Origin: an uncultured Planctomycetaceae bacterium
GTDB taxonomy: Bacteria; Planctomycetota; Planctomycetia; Planctomycetales; Planctomycetaceae
Reading direction: 5' to 3'
Assembly: GCA_963976765.1 (NCBI GenBank)
Contig: CAXBME010000023.1
Location: 62,001 to 126,000 of the forward strand
DNA: 64,000 bases
How positions within the stretch are numbered: the stretch's first letter is position 1; the number at the start of each line of letters is the position of its first letter. The notes beneath the pieces are model-generated. The model had not been told where the DNA came from, did not search any database, and was given only the letters and a program-made list of their open reading frames with translations. Positions 41,716-52,460 of the stretch are shown one piece after another. The translations under genes and the position numbers were made by a program.

Positions 41716-44700
41716 ATGAACTTCGAATTGCCAACGGTACGTGACTCAGCGGGAGGCACGGTCGATGGAATGTTGCCGGGCAAATGGTGGCACAAAGACG
41801 GCGAGACGGATCGCGTCATCTGTGACCTCTGCCCTCGCGAATGTGCGATGAAGGATGGCGACCGCGGGTTCTGTTTCGTACGACAGAACGTCGGCGGCGA
41901 GATGATGCTGACGACTTACGGTCGCAGTACCGGGTTTTGCATTGACCCGATTGAGAAGAAGCCGCTCAACCATTTTTTCCCAGGAACCAGTGTGCTGTCG
42001 TTCGGGACGGCTGGTTGCAATCTGGGCTGCAAGTTCTGTCAGAACTGGGATATTTCAAAGGCTCGCGAAGTCGAACGACTCAGTCATCGAGCGTTTCCGG
42101 AAGAAATCGCGCTGGCCGCGAAGTCGCTCGACTGTCACAGCGTTGCCTATACCTACAACGATCCGATCGTCTGGGCCGAGTACGCGATTGAAACGGCAAA
42201 GGCCTGCCGTCAGCATGGAATCAAGTCGGTTGCGGTTACCGCCGGGTATATCACGGAAGAAGCTCGCGGGCCGTTCTTCGAGTTCATGGACGCAGCCAAT
42301 GTCGACCTGAAGGCGTTCACGGAAGAGTTCTACTACAAAATCACATACGCGCATCTGGAGCCGATTCTCGACACACTGAAGTGGCTGCGTCATGAAACGG
42401 ACGTCTGGTTCGAAATCACCAACCTGATCATCCCTGACGCTAATGATAAGCCGGACGAAATTCGGCGGATGGCTGAGTGGGTGCTTGACGCGGTGGGCGA
42501 TGACGTTCCCGTTCACTTTTCGGCGTTTCACCCTGACTTTCGGATGACCGATCGGCCGAATACGCCGCACGAGACGTTAGTTCTCGCTCGCGATCTGGCC
42601 ATGCAGACTGGACTGAAGCATGTGTACGTTGGCAACGTGAACGACGTTGAGCGGCAGAGTACTTACTGTCCGAAGTGCACAAACCTGGTGGTCGAGCGGA
42701 ACTGGTATGCGCTGGGGGTGTACGCTCTGGACGGTAACCAGTGTCGGCATTGCGGAGAAACGATTTCAGGAAAATACGAAGATCGACCGGGAGTCTGGGG
42801 CCGAAAACGCCAGCCGGTCGATATGAGACAATTTCACATTGATGGACTCAGTGCGGGTTCGACTTCGCGACCCGCTTTGAATGGAGACACGATGAGCGCT
42901 GGAAAGAACGAGCAGTCGGCTGACAATTCAAACAGCGGGGTGAAAATAAACGACTCAGCTCTGGAATGGCTGGCCGGGCAGGGAGGCGGTCAAAACGCAG
43001 CTCCGGCAGCTCCAGTTCCGACCCAGCCGCAGACTCCGGCACCGGCGACGCAACCGATTCCTACTCGCATGCCGCTGACAAATGAGCAGCGCGAAGCGAT
43101 TCGTATCGCGGCGGCTGAAGTCGTGAAGGCATGTGTCGACGACCGGAACGCCAGCATTCCGGATCTGAACGCGATCGGCGTCGGCAACGCGGTGGTATCG
43201 GGGATCTTTGTCAGTTTGAAACGTCGGGGGCGATTGCGGTCGTGCATGGGCTCGTTCGGCGCGACGATGCCGCTGCTGAAAACGCTGGTTGATGCCGCAC
43301 GGCGAACAGCGACGGACGACCCGAGGTTTCCGAAGATTTCATTCGTTGAGGTGCCGCATCTTGAACTGGAAGTCTGGCTGCTGTTTGCGCCTGAGCCGGT
43401 GAATGTGAAAGGCGAAGCACGAATTGATGAAGTGACAATCGGCACGCATGGGTTGCAGATTGTTCGAGGCAACCAGCGAGGGCTGTTACTCCCCGGCGTT
43501 GCGACAGACAACGGCTGGAATTCGAAAGAGTTTCTCGACAACGTCTGCATCAAAGCCGGACTACCACCAACGGCGTGGAAAGAGCCGGACACGATCCTGT
43601 TCCGCTTTGAAGGAAACTGCATTAAGGGAAATCTCTTGAACGGCGACGCGGACAATTACTCGGCGCCGCGTCTCTATTATCAGCCGGAGCAGATCGACGA
43701 GATGCGGAGAATCTGCAAAGACAATGTGGCGGCGATCGTGCGCGGCGCGACGCCGATGTACTACTGCGGAACGGTGCCGGATTCGTCGGTGAACGGGCTC
43801 TCGATGACAGTCACTCTGCCTGGCGGCGGCAACCAGTTGAATGTTGCGAGAATGTCACTGCGCGAGTTAATGCCGCTTCAGTCGACGGCATTTTCGTTGT
43901 GTGAAGAGCTGGCAGCTTCGCTGCGCCGGCGAGGCTTTCTGAATGGAAATTTTGAACTCGATCTGGCGGTTGCCAGTGACGTGGCCATGCACGGGACCGT
44001 TGATCAGCCGTTGATTGAAGGCGTCGATCCAGCAAACCGCGGGTTCCTGATCAGCGAGCGTCAGAAGACTGCCTGGGCCTTCGATCGAGCAAAGCCTGCC
44101 GATGAAGTTCTGGGGGATGCGGTGCAGGCGTGTCAGGTTACGGAGCCCGCATACGGAATGATCTACAGTCTGACGTTCCAGACGACGAGTTCGCGCGTGA
44201 CTTACTCGGCAGTGCCAAAGCCGTCGCGAGGCCCGTCCGATCGACCGCCAGCCGTGGCTGGTCGCTTCTATCCTGGCGATCCTGCGGCGATGAACCAGAT
44301 GCTCGATGAAATGCTGGCCGGTGACGCGACTCCAGCACCATGCAAGGCGGTCATGGTTCCGCATGCAGGCTGGCAGTTTTCAGGGAAGCTTGCCGCCGAT
44401 GTTCTAAAGCGGGTTCGAATTCCCAAACGGATCATCGCTATCGGACCGAAGCATACCCCTAATGGAACCGACTGGGCCGTTGCGCCTCATCACAACTGGT
44501 TGCTGCCAGGCAGGGCCGTGGCTTCTGATTATGCGTTGGCCATGAAGCTGGCCGAACGGATCGATGGGTTGGAGCCTGATGCCAACGCTCATCAGGCCGA
44601 GCATGGCATTGAAGTGGAACTTCCAATTATCGCCAGGCTGGCTCCGGAAACGCAGGTTGTCGGCATCACGGTGGGAGGCGGCAACCTTGATCGTTGCGAA

Positions 44701-45042
44701 AAATTTGCCGAACAACTGGCAGGCGTTATTCGTGAAATGGACGAGCCGCCGCTGCTGCTCATTTCAAGCGACATGAACCACTACGCGAACGACGAAGAGA
44801 CTCGCCGGCTGGACAAGCTCGCGCTGACCGACCTGGACCGGCTGGACGAAGACGCGTTGTTCAAAACATGCCGCAGCCATCACATCAGCATGTGCGGCAT
44901 GATTCCGGCGGTGATCATTCTGAAGACTCTGAAGAAACTCGGAAGCGTTCACCAGTCGCGGCAAGTGGGTTACGCAACCTCAGCCGACCGAACCGGCGAC
45001 AAGTCGAAAGTCGTCGGCTACGCGGGACGGATTTTTCAGTAG
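41716..45042 (+). CDS. amrS: AmmeMemoRadiSam fusion protein: radical SAM (AmrS) + AMMECR1 (AmrA) + MEMO1 (AmrB)
   Basis: CDLCPREC, DPIEKKPLNHF, CNLGCKFCQNW; GIFVSLKRRGRLRSCMG...DDPRF; RPPAVAGRFYP, VPHAG, EHGIEVELP, ISSDMNHY, SMCG. Confidence 0.93.
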   Translation: MNFELPTVRDSAGGTVDGMLPGKWWHKDGETDRVICDLCPRECAMKDGDRGFCFVRQNVGGEMMLTTYGRSTGFCIDPIEKKPLNHFFPGTSVLSFGTAGCNLGCKFCQNWDISKAREVERLSHRAFPEEIALAAKSLDCHSVAYTYNDPIVWAEYAIETAKACRQHGIKSVAVTAGYITEEARGPFFEFMDAANVDLKAFTEEFYYKITYAHLEPILDTLKWLRHETDVWFEITNLIIPDANDKPDEIRRMAEWVLDAVGDDVPVHFSAFHPDFRMTDRPNTPHETLVLARDLAMQTGLKHVYVGNVNDVERQSTYCPKCTNLVVERNWYALGVYALDGNQCRHCGETISGKYEDRPGVWGRKRQPVDMRQFHIDGLSAGSTSRPALNGDTMSAGKNEQSADNSNSGVKINDSALEWLAGQGGGQNAAPAAPVPTQPQTPAPATQPIPTRMPLTNEQREAIRIAAAEVVKACVDDRNASIPDLNAIGVGNAVVSGIFVSLKRRGRLRSCMGSFGATMPLLKTLVDAARRTATDDPRFPKISFVEVPHLELEVWLLFAPEPVNVKGEARIDEVTIGTHGLQIVRGNQRGLLLPGVATDNGWNSKEFLDNVCIKAGLPPTAWKEPDTILFRFEGNCIKGNLLNGDADNYSAPRLYYQPEQIDEMRRICKDNVAAIVRGATPMYYCGTVPDSSVNGLSMTVTLPGGGNQLNVARMSLRELMPLQSTAFSLCEELAASLRRRGFLNGNFELDLAVASDVAMHGTVDQPLIEGVDPANRGFLISERQKTAWAFDRAKPADEVLGDAVQACQVTEPAYGMIYSLTFQTTSSRVTYSAVPKPSRGPSDRPPAVAGRFYPGDPAAMNQMLDEMLAGDATPAPCKAVMVPHAGWQFSGKLAADVLKRVRIPKRIIAIGPKHTPNGTDWAVAPHHNWLLPGRAVASDYALAMKLAERIDGLEPDANAHQAEHGIEVELPIIARLAPETQVVGITVGGGNLDRCEKFAEQLAGVIREMDEPPLLLISSDMNHYANDEETRRLDKLALTDLDRLDEDALFKTCRSHHISMCGMIPAVIILKTLKKLGSVHQSRQVGYATSADRTGDKSKVVGYAGRIFQ

Positions 45043-45068
45043 ACGCAAGTCTCTGAGCACACGGATTC

Positions 45069-46175
45069 TCACGGACGAAGGACTGAGTCGATCAGCTCGT
45101 ACGCTTCTTGTCGCATGTCATCTGGAAAGTTGTGGTCGGAGTCTGGATGCCGAATGACCAGGCTCTTGTCGCTGCCGAGGAGCTTGTAGACAGGTCGAGC
45201 AGCTTCTGCACAACGGTCGACGCTGGCGGCGACGAAGTTGCTGTCGTGCAGCGGGGCGTTGACGAAGACCTGGCGGGGAGCGAGTGCTCCCAGGAGTTCA
45301 GGGAAGTCGTATGGGATTTCGTCGAGACGGCCTCGGTAGTCGGACAGGCGGGGCATGTACCGAATCTGGCACCAGCCTTTGCCAAAGAACCAGACTCGCT
45401 CGACACCGCCGTAGTAATCGCGGTAGGAATCAAAGCCGCAACTGCTGACGACGACGCTGATTCTCTGGTCGAAGACGGCGGTGTAGATGGAGTTGTGTCC
45501 GCCGAGTGAGTGCCCGATCGCTGCGAAGCCTTTCGTGGTGTCGATGTAGTCGAGTGTTTCGAGCAGGTCCAGCGCTCGGGAGTTGTCCTGGATGGCTTTC
45601 ATCGTGCCGCTGACGTAGCCGAGCTTTCCAAGATTCGGCCAGTAGTTCGCGAGGTGCGGATAAGCCGGTGAGATCGTCACGTAGCCGCGTTCGGCAAGTT
45701 CGGCGGCGTACTGACGACCGGCTCGACCACCGAGTCCGACGACAACCTTGTGGCCAACGGAATTGTCAGTTGGGTGAAGGCACAACACGGCGGCGGCTTT
45801 CCTCTTACCAGCGAGGACGTCTTTGGGGATGCAGAGGTAGGCCGGAGTTCGACCATCAAGACCAGGTTCGGCTTCTGACTGGTAAGTGATCAGCCGACGG
45901 ATGAAGGTGCCCGCGTCCGCTTCTTCGACGACTTCGATGGACGGATCGAGGCGATCTTTCGTGCCTGGATACCTGCCCATGACCTGCTGCATGGCCGTGA
46001 GAATTGCTTCACGGCGAATTGACCATTGGGCGGCGGTCTCGACAGGGGCGACGTCGTTCGTCGGTTTTTGAAACTGGAGAAGCTTGAATCGATCGAGCTG
46101 TGGTAAATCCTGTGCCTCAAGGATCGAAATCAGTGAGGATGTAATGGCCACCGAAAGGAGCAGTCTGGAAATCAT
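45069..46175 (-). CDS. Secreted alpha/beta hydrolase (dienelactone hydrolase/esterase-like)
   Basis: GHSLGG nucleophile elbow, ALAPR, HNFP; signal peptide. Confidence 0.88.
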   Translation of the reverse strand: MISRLLLSVAITSSLISILEAQDLPQLDRFKLLQFQKPTNDVAPVETAAQWSIRREAILTAMQQVMGRYPGTKDRLDPSIEVVEEADAGTFIRRLITYQSEAEPGLDGRTPAYLCIPKDVLAGKRKAAAVLCLHPTDNSVGHKVVVGLGGRAGRQYAAELAERGYVTISPAYPHLANYWPNLGKLGYVSGTMKAIQDNSRALDLLETLDYIDTTKGFAAIGHSLGGHNSIYTAVFDQRISVVVSSCGFDSYRDYYGGVERVWFFGKGWCQIRYMPRLSDYRGRLDEIPYDFPELLGALAPRQVFVNAPLHDSNFVAASVDRCAEAARPVYKLLGSDKSLVIRHPDSDHNFPDDMRQEAYELIDSVLRP

Positions 46176-46207
46176 GCCGATGTCTCCAAAAAAGATTTGC
46201 GAAACGG

Positions 46208-47374
46208 TCAAACCACTGGCATCGTCGTTTGTTCGATCGAGACATCATTGAATTTCTGCAGCGGAACATCCAGGCATTCAGGGCAGTCTCCCGATTCGAG
46301 CGTGTACTGAGTAAGGCATCGAGGGCACCATGTTCGAGCGTCGAAGTCCGGCACGGGAGCACGCAGCAGTTCGTCGATTTCGATGCCTTGCTCTTTCAGT
46401 ATGACAGACAGTGTCTTGAGCTGTCTGGCGTCGAAGGAAGTTCGAGTCGACCTGAATTCGGGCGATGTATCCGGAAAGTCGGAAGCCGAAGGGTGAGTCA
46501 GCTGACGCAGACGCTGACCGATGTACGATCGGAAGTCTGTTGCTGGCATGACCGCTGCGGCGACGGCGGCTGGAGTGAACTCGGAAAATGCGTCACTGGT
46601 AATGATATTGGCCGCTCGCATGACACCCGCTGGCGAGACACAAAGCGTCGCCACTCGGCTGAATTGTTCGGTGGCTGGACTGTTTAGCAATCGGCGTTGA
46701 GCGATGGCAAACAGCACGACTCCGACCAGCCAGAAGAAGCCAGACACCGCAAGATACCTTATGAGTGCGCCTGTCTGCGATTCTGTCGTGTAGTAGAGAA
46801 TTGGACCTTGAATAAACACCCAGATAAAAAGTAGCAGTGAAGCGAGCCTCAATGCGGAGACCGATCGATCAACCTGTTCGATGCGACTGACAACGCCTTC
46901 TGACGAGAACGAGGACTGCATGGCTTCGTCGAGAACGGCGTCGCGTTTGTCGATGTGCAACTCGCGCAGTGTCGTCAGCAGGTTTGCGAAACGGCGGGCG
47001 GCTTCGAGCGATGCGCACTTTGTGCGAGTTCGATTGATTCGAAGGTATCGCTGGTCAGCTTCGACGGTTTTCAGGTCGCCAAACGGGATAAAGGTTCCCG
47101 CCTTTGCCCCGGTCAGGATGCACAGTCCGTCTCTTGAAACCGGTACTGGCCACTCGGAAGCGACGATGCTGCGCGACCAGGGGAAGATTGAGAGGACGGC
47201 GGCGTGGCTGTCGATTCTCTGGAGAAACGTCGGGTGCGACGCCAGTTTCAGGCTACCGAACGCGGTCGTGAATGCGACGGCTTCGGCGGGTAACCAGACC
47301 AGGCATTCCCAAAGGTAGATGACAGCAATGACGATCAGAATCAGTTCGGTGTCGCTGAGTGCTGAGAACGCCAT
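46208..47374 (-). CDS. Hypothetical membrane protein with a C-terminal Zn-ribbon (CPRC...CPEC)
   Basis: Several TM segments; C-terminal CxxC-x10-CxxC. Confidence 0.7.
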   Translation of the reverse strand: MAFSALSDTELILIVIAVIYLWECLVWLPAEAVAFTTAFGSLKLASHPTFLQRIDSHAAVLSIFPWSRSIVASEWPVPVSRDGLCILTGAKAGTFIPFGDLKTVEADQRYLRINRTRTKCASLEAARRFANLLTTLRELHIDKRDAVLDEAMQSSFSSEGVVSRIEQVDRSVSALRLASLLLFIWVFIQGPILYYTTESQTGALIRYLAVSGFFWLVGVVLFAIAQRRLLNSPATEQFSRVATLCVSPAGVMRAANIITSDAFSEFTPAAVAAAVMPATDFRSYIGQRLRQLTHPSASDFPDTSPEFRSTRTSFDARQLKTLSVILKEQGIEIDELLRAPVPDFDARTWCPRCLTQYTLESGDCPECLDVPLQKFNDVSIEQTTMPVV

Positions 47375-47485
47375 AGTGCCGAAATTCCGCGCTGCCTGAA
47401 TTGAAAAGAGACCTCGTCATCGGAATGGCGAGGTCACTCTTCAGTGCGTTTAAGTTATCGAAAAAGCGGCGACCGGATGGAGTGC

Positions 47486-48406
47486 CTATTCTTCCGCCGA
47501 GCGTCCGAAGAACAGCCGTTTGATTCCGGCCAGGACGGCAATCACCACGAGTATGATGGCCTTGCCGCCTTTGGCAAGCACTTGAAACAGCTTGGCGAAC
47601 AGTCCCATTTTGACCGCAGCCACGGCAGCGCCTCCGGCGATCAGGCCGGTCAGCCCGTACTGAGCAATTTTGTCGCCCGAGGTAAACTCAGCGTACTTCT
47701 CGCCGGACTTGAATTCGAACTTCGTCAGAAGCTCGTTGGTGACTTCCGTGGCCTCGTTCATTTCCTGCAGGCTGGCGACCAACGTCGCGGTCATGACACC
47801 TCGACGACCGAGAATTCGGATATTGTGATTGGCCGATTCTCCGCCGGTATCGTCATGCAGTTTTGTTGACCAGACCAGATTGTTCGTGACGGCATCATAC
47901 TTGGGCGGGACGATCCAGCCGGATAGATGAATTGCGGACCAGCCCTGAGATCGTCGAAACTGATTGGACTGTTCGGTTCCCTGCTGGAGAGATTCGAGGA
48001 TGGCGTCCGCGTCCAGGTCAGCCTTCTCGTCATCGCTGACGTAGCCGATGTCGTCAAACTGAAATGCCAGGAACCAGTCCCGGTCATCGGCTGTCGGCAT
48101 CAGGATTCCGACAGTTTCGTCGGGCGGATTCTGAGTCAACTGGTTCCACGCGATGGAGCCTTGACGGCCTGTGAACTGAAATCCGACTGGAATGGTGATC
48201 TGCGCGTTGTTGCCAATGTCGACTGTGGCCGGTCCGGCTTGCCAGTCGATTGACGCATAAAGTTCGATCATTCGCTGTTGTTCAGGAGTCAGCTGGAACT
48301 CGGCGTCATCCTGTGCGATCAGCGACGCTGTTCCGAAAAGTGCTGCCAGGATCACCAGGCAACTTGTGGCAACCAGCCTGTTCTTTAGAAGTCGTCCCAC
48401 GCCCAT
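47486..48406 (-). CDS. DUF2167 family membrane-anchored protein
   Basis: GYVSDDEKADLDADAIL, PPKYD, NIRILGRRGV, Y..F.SGDKIAQYGLTGLIAGGA. Confidence 0.9.
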   Translation of the reverse strand: MGVGRLLKNRLVATSCLVILAALFGTASLIAQDDAEFQLTPEQQRMIELYASIDWQAGPATVDIGNNAQITIPVGFQFTGRQGSIAWNQLTQNPPDETVGILMPTADDRDWFLAFQFDDIGYVSDDEKADLDADAILESLQQGTEQSNQFRRSQGWSAIHLSGWIVPPKYDAVTNNLVWSTKLHDDTGGESANHNIRILGRRGVMTATLVASLQEMNEATEVTNELLTKFEFKSGEKYAEFTSGDKIAQYGLTGLIAGGAAVAAVKMGLFAKLFQVLAKGGKAIILVVIAVLAGIKRLFFGRSAEE

Positions 48407-48824
48407 TGTTTACTCCATTGCTGAGATGCCGATCGACGATAAGTCAATGCCAGAAGATTCTCTGGCAGATTACAGGGTTGTACACCGGTACGGACTGTAA
48501 TTTTTCTTTCGATTTTGTCCATGGATATGTTCCAGGCTTGCCTTGAGTCTGCCGGTTTTCGACTGCGTCAGCATTAATCGTAGGATGAGGGTGCTGTATT
48601 GATCTGCTGCGCGTTGCTGCTCTGTCAAAGGCGAACTAAAGGCTCACGGGGTTATCTGTCTGAGCACTCGGTCCGCTCGCAACCCGGTTGGCCTCACCGT
48701 CTGGATGAATTGTGAGCGGTGTCTGGCTATAACGTTGAGCTCTCAGCCAGTCTGGATTTCGCTCACGGTCACGATTCGTGGGCAAAAAATAAACTCAGTA
48801 AACACAAGCCACAGGAAATGCACC

Positions 48825-50090
48825 GTGTCCGCAACTCTCAGTAAATTCTCCAGCAGCCTGACCGTCGAAACTGCTTTCACCGTTCTGGCCGTGGCCAAAC
48901 AATTGAAGGCTCAGGGAAAGGACGTTGTCGAGCTGGAAATCGGCGACAGCCCGTTCGATTCGACGGTGAACGCTAAGACGTCCGGTGCGGCGGCCATTCA
49001 GAACAACGTCAGTCATTACTGCCCTTCGCCGGGAGTTCCGGAGTTCCGTGCTGCCGCTGCGAAATTCGTGAAGAACGAATTCAACATTCCAGCGGAGCCA
49101 TCGAACATTATCGCCGGGCCAGGTGCGAAGGTCTTCGAGCAGTTCTTCTGTGAAGCGTTTCTGAATCCTGGCGACGGGTGTCTGGTTTTCAGTCCATACT
49201 TTCCGACCTACGTGCCGAACATTCTGCGGCGTCAGGCTCGGCCCGTGTTCGCTCCGCTGCGGCAGAGCAACGAGTTTCGGCCGCTCGTGTCGGACATCGA
49301 AAACTTTCTGGCGACGGACGCTTCACCGAAGGCGATCATGTTGAACTCACCGCACAACCCGACCGGCGGGATCACGACGGAACAGGATCTGCGGGATATT
49401 GCTGACCTGGTCCGCGGCAAGGATATCGCCGTCTTCAGCGACGAGCCGTACTGTCACATGGTCTGGAAGGGACGCCATCATTCCATTCTTGAACAGCCGG
49501 GTATGATGGATCAGGCCGTCGCCGCTTACACCTTCAGCAAGTCGTACAGCATGAGCGGCTGGCGACTCGGCTTCTGCGTGACGGGAGAACGCATTGCCGA
49601 CGCGATCGGCAAGATGGTCAACACAACCTTGTCGTGTACTCCGGCGCTGGTTCAGCTCGCTGGTGCGGCGGCTCTGGAAAAGGACAGCGTCGAACGCGAC
49701 GAAGTCATGCAGAAGTTTCGCGAGAAGGTCGTTCTGCTGACGGAGGGCCTCAATCAGATCGACGGCGTGCATTCGCTCGATCCGACGTCGACGTTCTATG
49801 TGTTCCCGAATGTTGCGCCGATCTGCAACCGGCTGGGGATCACAAGTCACGGCCTGGCTTTGTACCTGCTCGAAGGTGCCGACGATGATTTCGGAGTCGC
49901 CTGCCTGGGCGGAGAATGTTTCGGCGACGCCGGTCACGGTTTTCTTCGATTCAGTTGTGCCGAGCCGAACGAACGACTGCAGCAGGCACTCGATTTCATT
50001 CCGGTGGCGATCAGCCGGGAAGATCGGATCGCGGCGTTTCTGGAAAAGAACGCGAAGTTTCGATTGGCGAAGCCGTACGAAGTCGAATAA
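48825..50090 (+). CDS. PLP-dependent aminotransferase, class I/II
   Basis: LNSPHNPTG, SDEPY, FSKSYSMSGWRLG; GTG start at 48825. Confidence 0.93.
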   Translation: MSATLSKFSSSLTVETAFTVLAVAKQLKAQGKDVVELEIGDSPFDSTVNAKTSGAAAIQNNVSHYCPSPGVPEFRAAAAKFVKNEFNIPAEPSNIIAGPGAKVFEQFFCEAFLNPGDGCLVFSPYFPTYVPNILRRQARPVFAPLRQSNEFRPLVSDIENFLATDASPKAIMLNSPHNPTGGITTEQDLRDIADLVRGKDIAVFSDEPYCHMVWKGRHHSILEQPGMMDQAVAAYTFSKSYSMSGWRLGFCVTGERIADAIGKMVNTTLSCTPALVQLAGAAALEKDSVERDEVMQKFREKVVLLTEGLNQIDGVHSLDPTSTFYVFPNVAPICNRLGITSHGLALYLLEGADDDFGVACLGGECFGDAGHGFLRFSCAEPNERLQQALDFIPVAISREDRIAAFLEKNAKFRLAKPYEVE

Positions 50091-50139
50091 TGACGATGGC
50101 TGAGTTTGCAGTAGTCCTCACTGTTTAAGGAAGGTCGAC

Positions 50140-51483
50140 ATGGCGTTGTTCATGAATCAGCCGCTGTCCCGACGGCATGTTCTGCGGGGACTGGGAACCT
50201 GTCTGAGTCTCCCGTTGCTGGACGCCATGATTCCTCGCGCCAGCGCTGCTCCGTCGAAGTTCCGTCCGTGGGAAAAGTCGCACGGCGTTCATCCACGGAT
50301 GATCTGCTGTTACGTCCCCAACGGGGTCAACATGAACGAGTGGAAGCCGAGCGGGCAGGGGACTGGCTACTCGCTTTCGCCGACGCTGGAAATTCTGAAA
50401 GATCATCGGGAAGACTTTTCGGTGATCTCGGGGCTGGGGCATCCGGCGTCAAAGGGCGGGCACAGCGGAGCAGATACCTGGTTGACCGGAGCGGACCTGC
50501 AATCAGTTCCCGGCAGTGACTATGCGAACTCGATTTCCGCCGATCAGGTGGCGGCGGAACTGCACGGCAAGCAGACCCGATTTTCGTCGCTGCAGCTTTC
50601 TGATAATTCGGGGACCGGCTCAGCCGGGCATAGCCATACGCTGTCGTTCGACCGAAGCGGAACGCCGATTCCGGCTGAGAATTCTCCTCGCCGACTGTTT
50701 GATCGGCTGTTTGTCCCGGAAAGTTCGGCAGACCGGCAGGCAACTTTAAAAAGGTACGCGGTTAAGAAATCAGTTCTCGACAGCGTGCTCGGTGAGGCGA
50801 AGGCGCTTCGAGCGAAGCTGGGGCAAACGGATCAGCAGAAGCTCGATCAGTACCTGTCTTCGGTTCGCGAAACTGAAGAGCGTGTTCAACGGCTGGAAGA
50901 CTGGGTCGACATTCCGAAGCCGGAAGTGGCCGAGACCGACTTGCAGCTTTCCATGCAGTCGCACAACGCGCACGATCGTCCGATGTGGATCGACGTGATG
51001 CTGGAGCTTTCGTACCTGTCGTTTCTGACGGACACGACTCGCGTGATCTCGTTCGAATGGTCTCGCGAAGCTGGCGGGTATGGTGGTGGCGGCGAGAATC
51101 ATCACGAATTGTCTCACCACGGCGGTGACGCCGGGATGCTGAAACGGCTCGGCCAGATCGATCGATTCCATTTGACGCGACTTGGGCGTTTCATGGAGTT
51201 TCTGAAATCGACTCAGGACGGCGACCGAAACATGCTCGACCACACACTCATCATGTTTGGCTCAGGCATGAACAGCGGCGACGGAGGCGGCCACTCTCCG
51301 AAGGACTTGCCGCTGATCACCGCCGGCGGTCGAGGCCTTGGAATTCAGCAGGGGCAGCATCTGGTCTTTGACCAGGACAGTCATCCACCGCTCTCAAATC
51401 TCCTGCTGACGTACATTCAGAAGATGGGCATCGAATCGGATAACTTCTGCGATGCGACCGGGACGCTGAACGGGCTCGTCTAG
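50140..51483 (+). CDS. DUF1552 domain protein
   Basis: SRRHVLRGLG..LSLPLLDAM, YVPNG, SISADQ, PRRLFDRLF, HHELSHH, GSGM. Confidence 0.9.
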   Translation: MALFMNQPLSRRHVLRGLGTCLSLPLLDAMIPRASAAPSKFRPWEKSHGVHPRMICCYVPNGVNMNEWKPSGQGTGYSLSPTLEILKDHREDFSVISGLGHPASKGGHSGADTWLTGADLQSVPGSDYANSISADQVAAELHGKQTRFSSLQLSDNSGTGSAGHSHTLSFDRSGTPIPAENSPRRLFDRLFVPESSADRQATLKRYAVKKSVLDSVLGEAKALRAKLGQTDQQKLDQYLSSVRETEERVQRLEDWVDIPKPEVAETDLQLSMQSHNAHDRPMWIDVMLELSYLSFLTDTTRVISFEWSREAGGYGGGGENHHELSHHGGDAGMLKRLGQIDRFHLTRLGRFMEFLKSTQDGDRNMLDHTLIMFGSGMNSGDGGGHSPKDLPLITAGGRGLGIQQGQHLVFDQDSHPPLSNLLLTYIQKMGIESDNFCDATGTLNGLV

Positions 51484-51519
51484 AACATTTTCAGTCTCGG
51501 CCAATCAGGGATAATCACG

Positions 51520-52416
51520 ATGACTCAGACTCGACGCGAGATGCTGGGGGCGGTTGGTGCGGCAGGATTGTTTGTTGCAGCCAGTTCGGCGAGTGCTCAG
51601 ACGCCGCAAGGTTCGGTCGCGGATGATTTTCGAATTTCTCACAAGAGAATCCGGCAATCGGTGATGGGGTGGTGTTTCAATCCGATGAAGTCTATCGACC
51701 TGGCGAAGCACTGTCTGGAAATCGGGCTGGAGGCGATCGAAGGAATCTCATCGAAGGATTACCCCGCCGTTCGAGAACTTGGCCTGAAGATTTCTCTGGT
51801 CAGCAGCCACGGATTCAAAGCCGGACCGTTCAACACGGCGAATCATCCGATGTGTGCCGAGAAGCTGCGGTCGAGTATCGACCTGGCAGTCGAAGTCGGC
51901 TGCCCGAGCGTGATTACATTTACCGGCATGCGGGAAGAGGGCATCTCAGACGAGCAGGGAGCAAAGAACTGCGTCGATCTGTGGAAGTCAGTGATTGGCT
52001 ATGCCGAGAAAAAGGGCATCAATCTGTGCCTCGAACATCTCAATTCGCGAGACGGCTCGCATCCGATGAAGGGGCATCCCGGATACTTTGGCGACGACGT
52101 CGACTTCTGCGTGAAGCTGATCGAGCAGGTTGGGTCGCCGAATATGAAGCTGCTGTTTGACATCTATCATGTTCAGATGATGAACGGAGACGTCATTCGC
52201 CGAATCCGCCAGTACAAGGACGTGATCGGCCATTACCACACGGCGGGGAACCCTGGTCGAGGCGAACTCGATGACACGCAGGAAATCAACTACCCGCCGA
52301 TCATGAAGGCAATCCTGGAGACCGGCTACAAAGGTTTTGTCGCGCAGGAATTTATTCCCACCTGGGATGATCCGGTTGCTGCTCTTCGTCACGCCGCCAG
52401 CGTGTGCGACGTGTAA
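51520..52416 (+). CDS. Tat-exported hydroxypyruvate isomerase-like TIM barrel protein
   Basis: TRREML Tat motif; LEHLNS, LLFDIYHVQ, HYHTAGNPGRGE, QEF. Confidence 0.9.
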   Translation: MTQTRREMLGAVGAAGLFVAASSASAQTPQGSVADDFRISHKRIRQSVMGWCFNPMKSIDLAKHCLEIGLEAIEGISSKDYPAVRELGLKISLVSSHGFKAGPFNTANHPMCAEKLRSSIDLAVEVGCPSVITFTGMREEGISDEQGAKNCVDLWKSVIGYAEKKGINLCLEHLNSRDGSHPMKGHPGYFGDDVDFCVKLIEQVGSPNMKLLFDIYHVQMMNGDVIRRIRQYKDVIGHYHTAGNPGRGELDDTQEINYPPIMKAILETGYKGFVAQEFIPTWDDPVAALRHAASVCDV

Positions 52417-52460
52417 GCACATGTGTCGTGCGGTCGGGTGTGGTGCTGTTCAGTTTCCGT

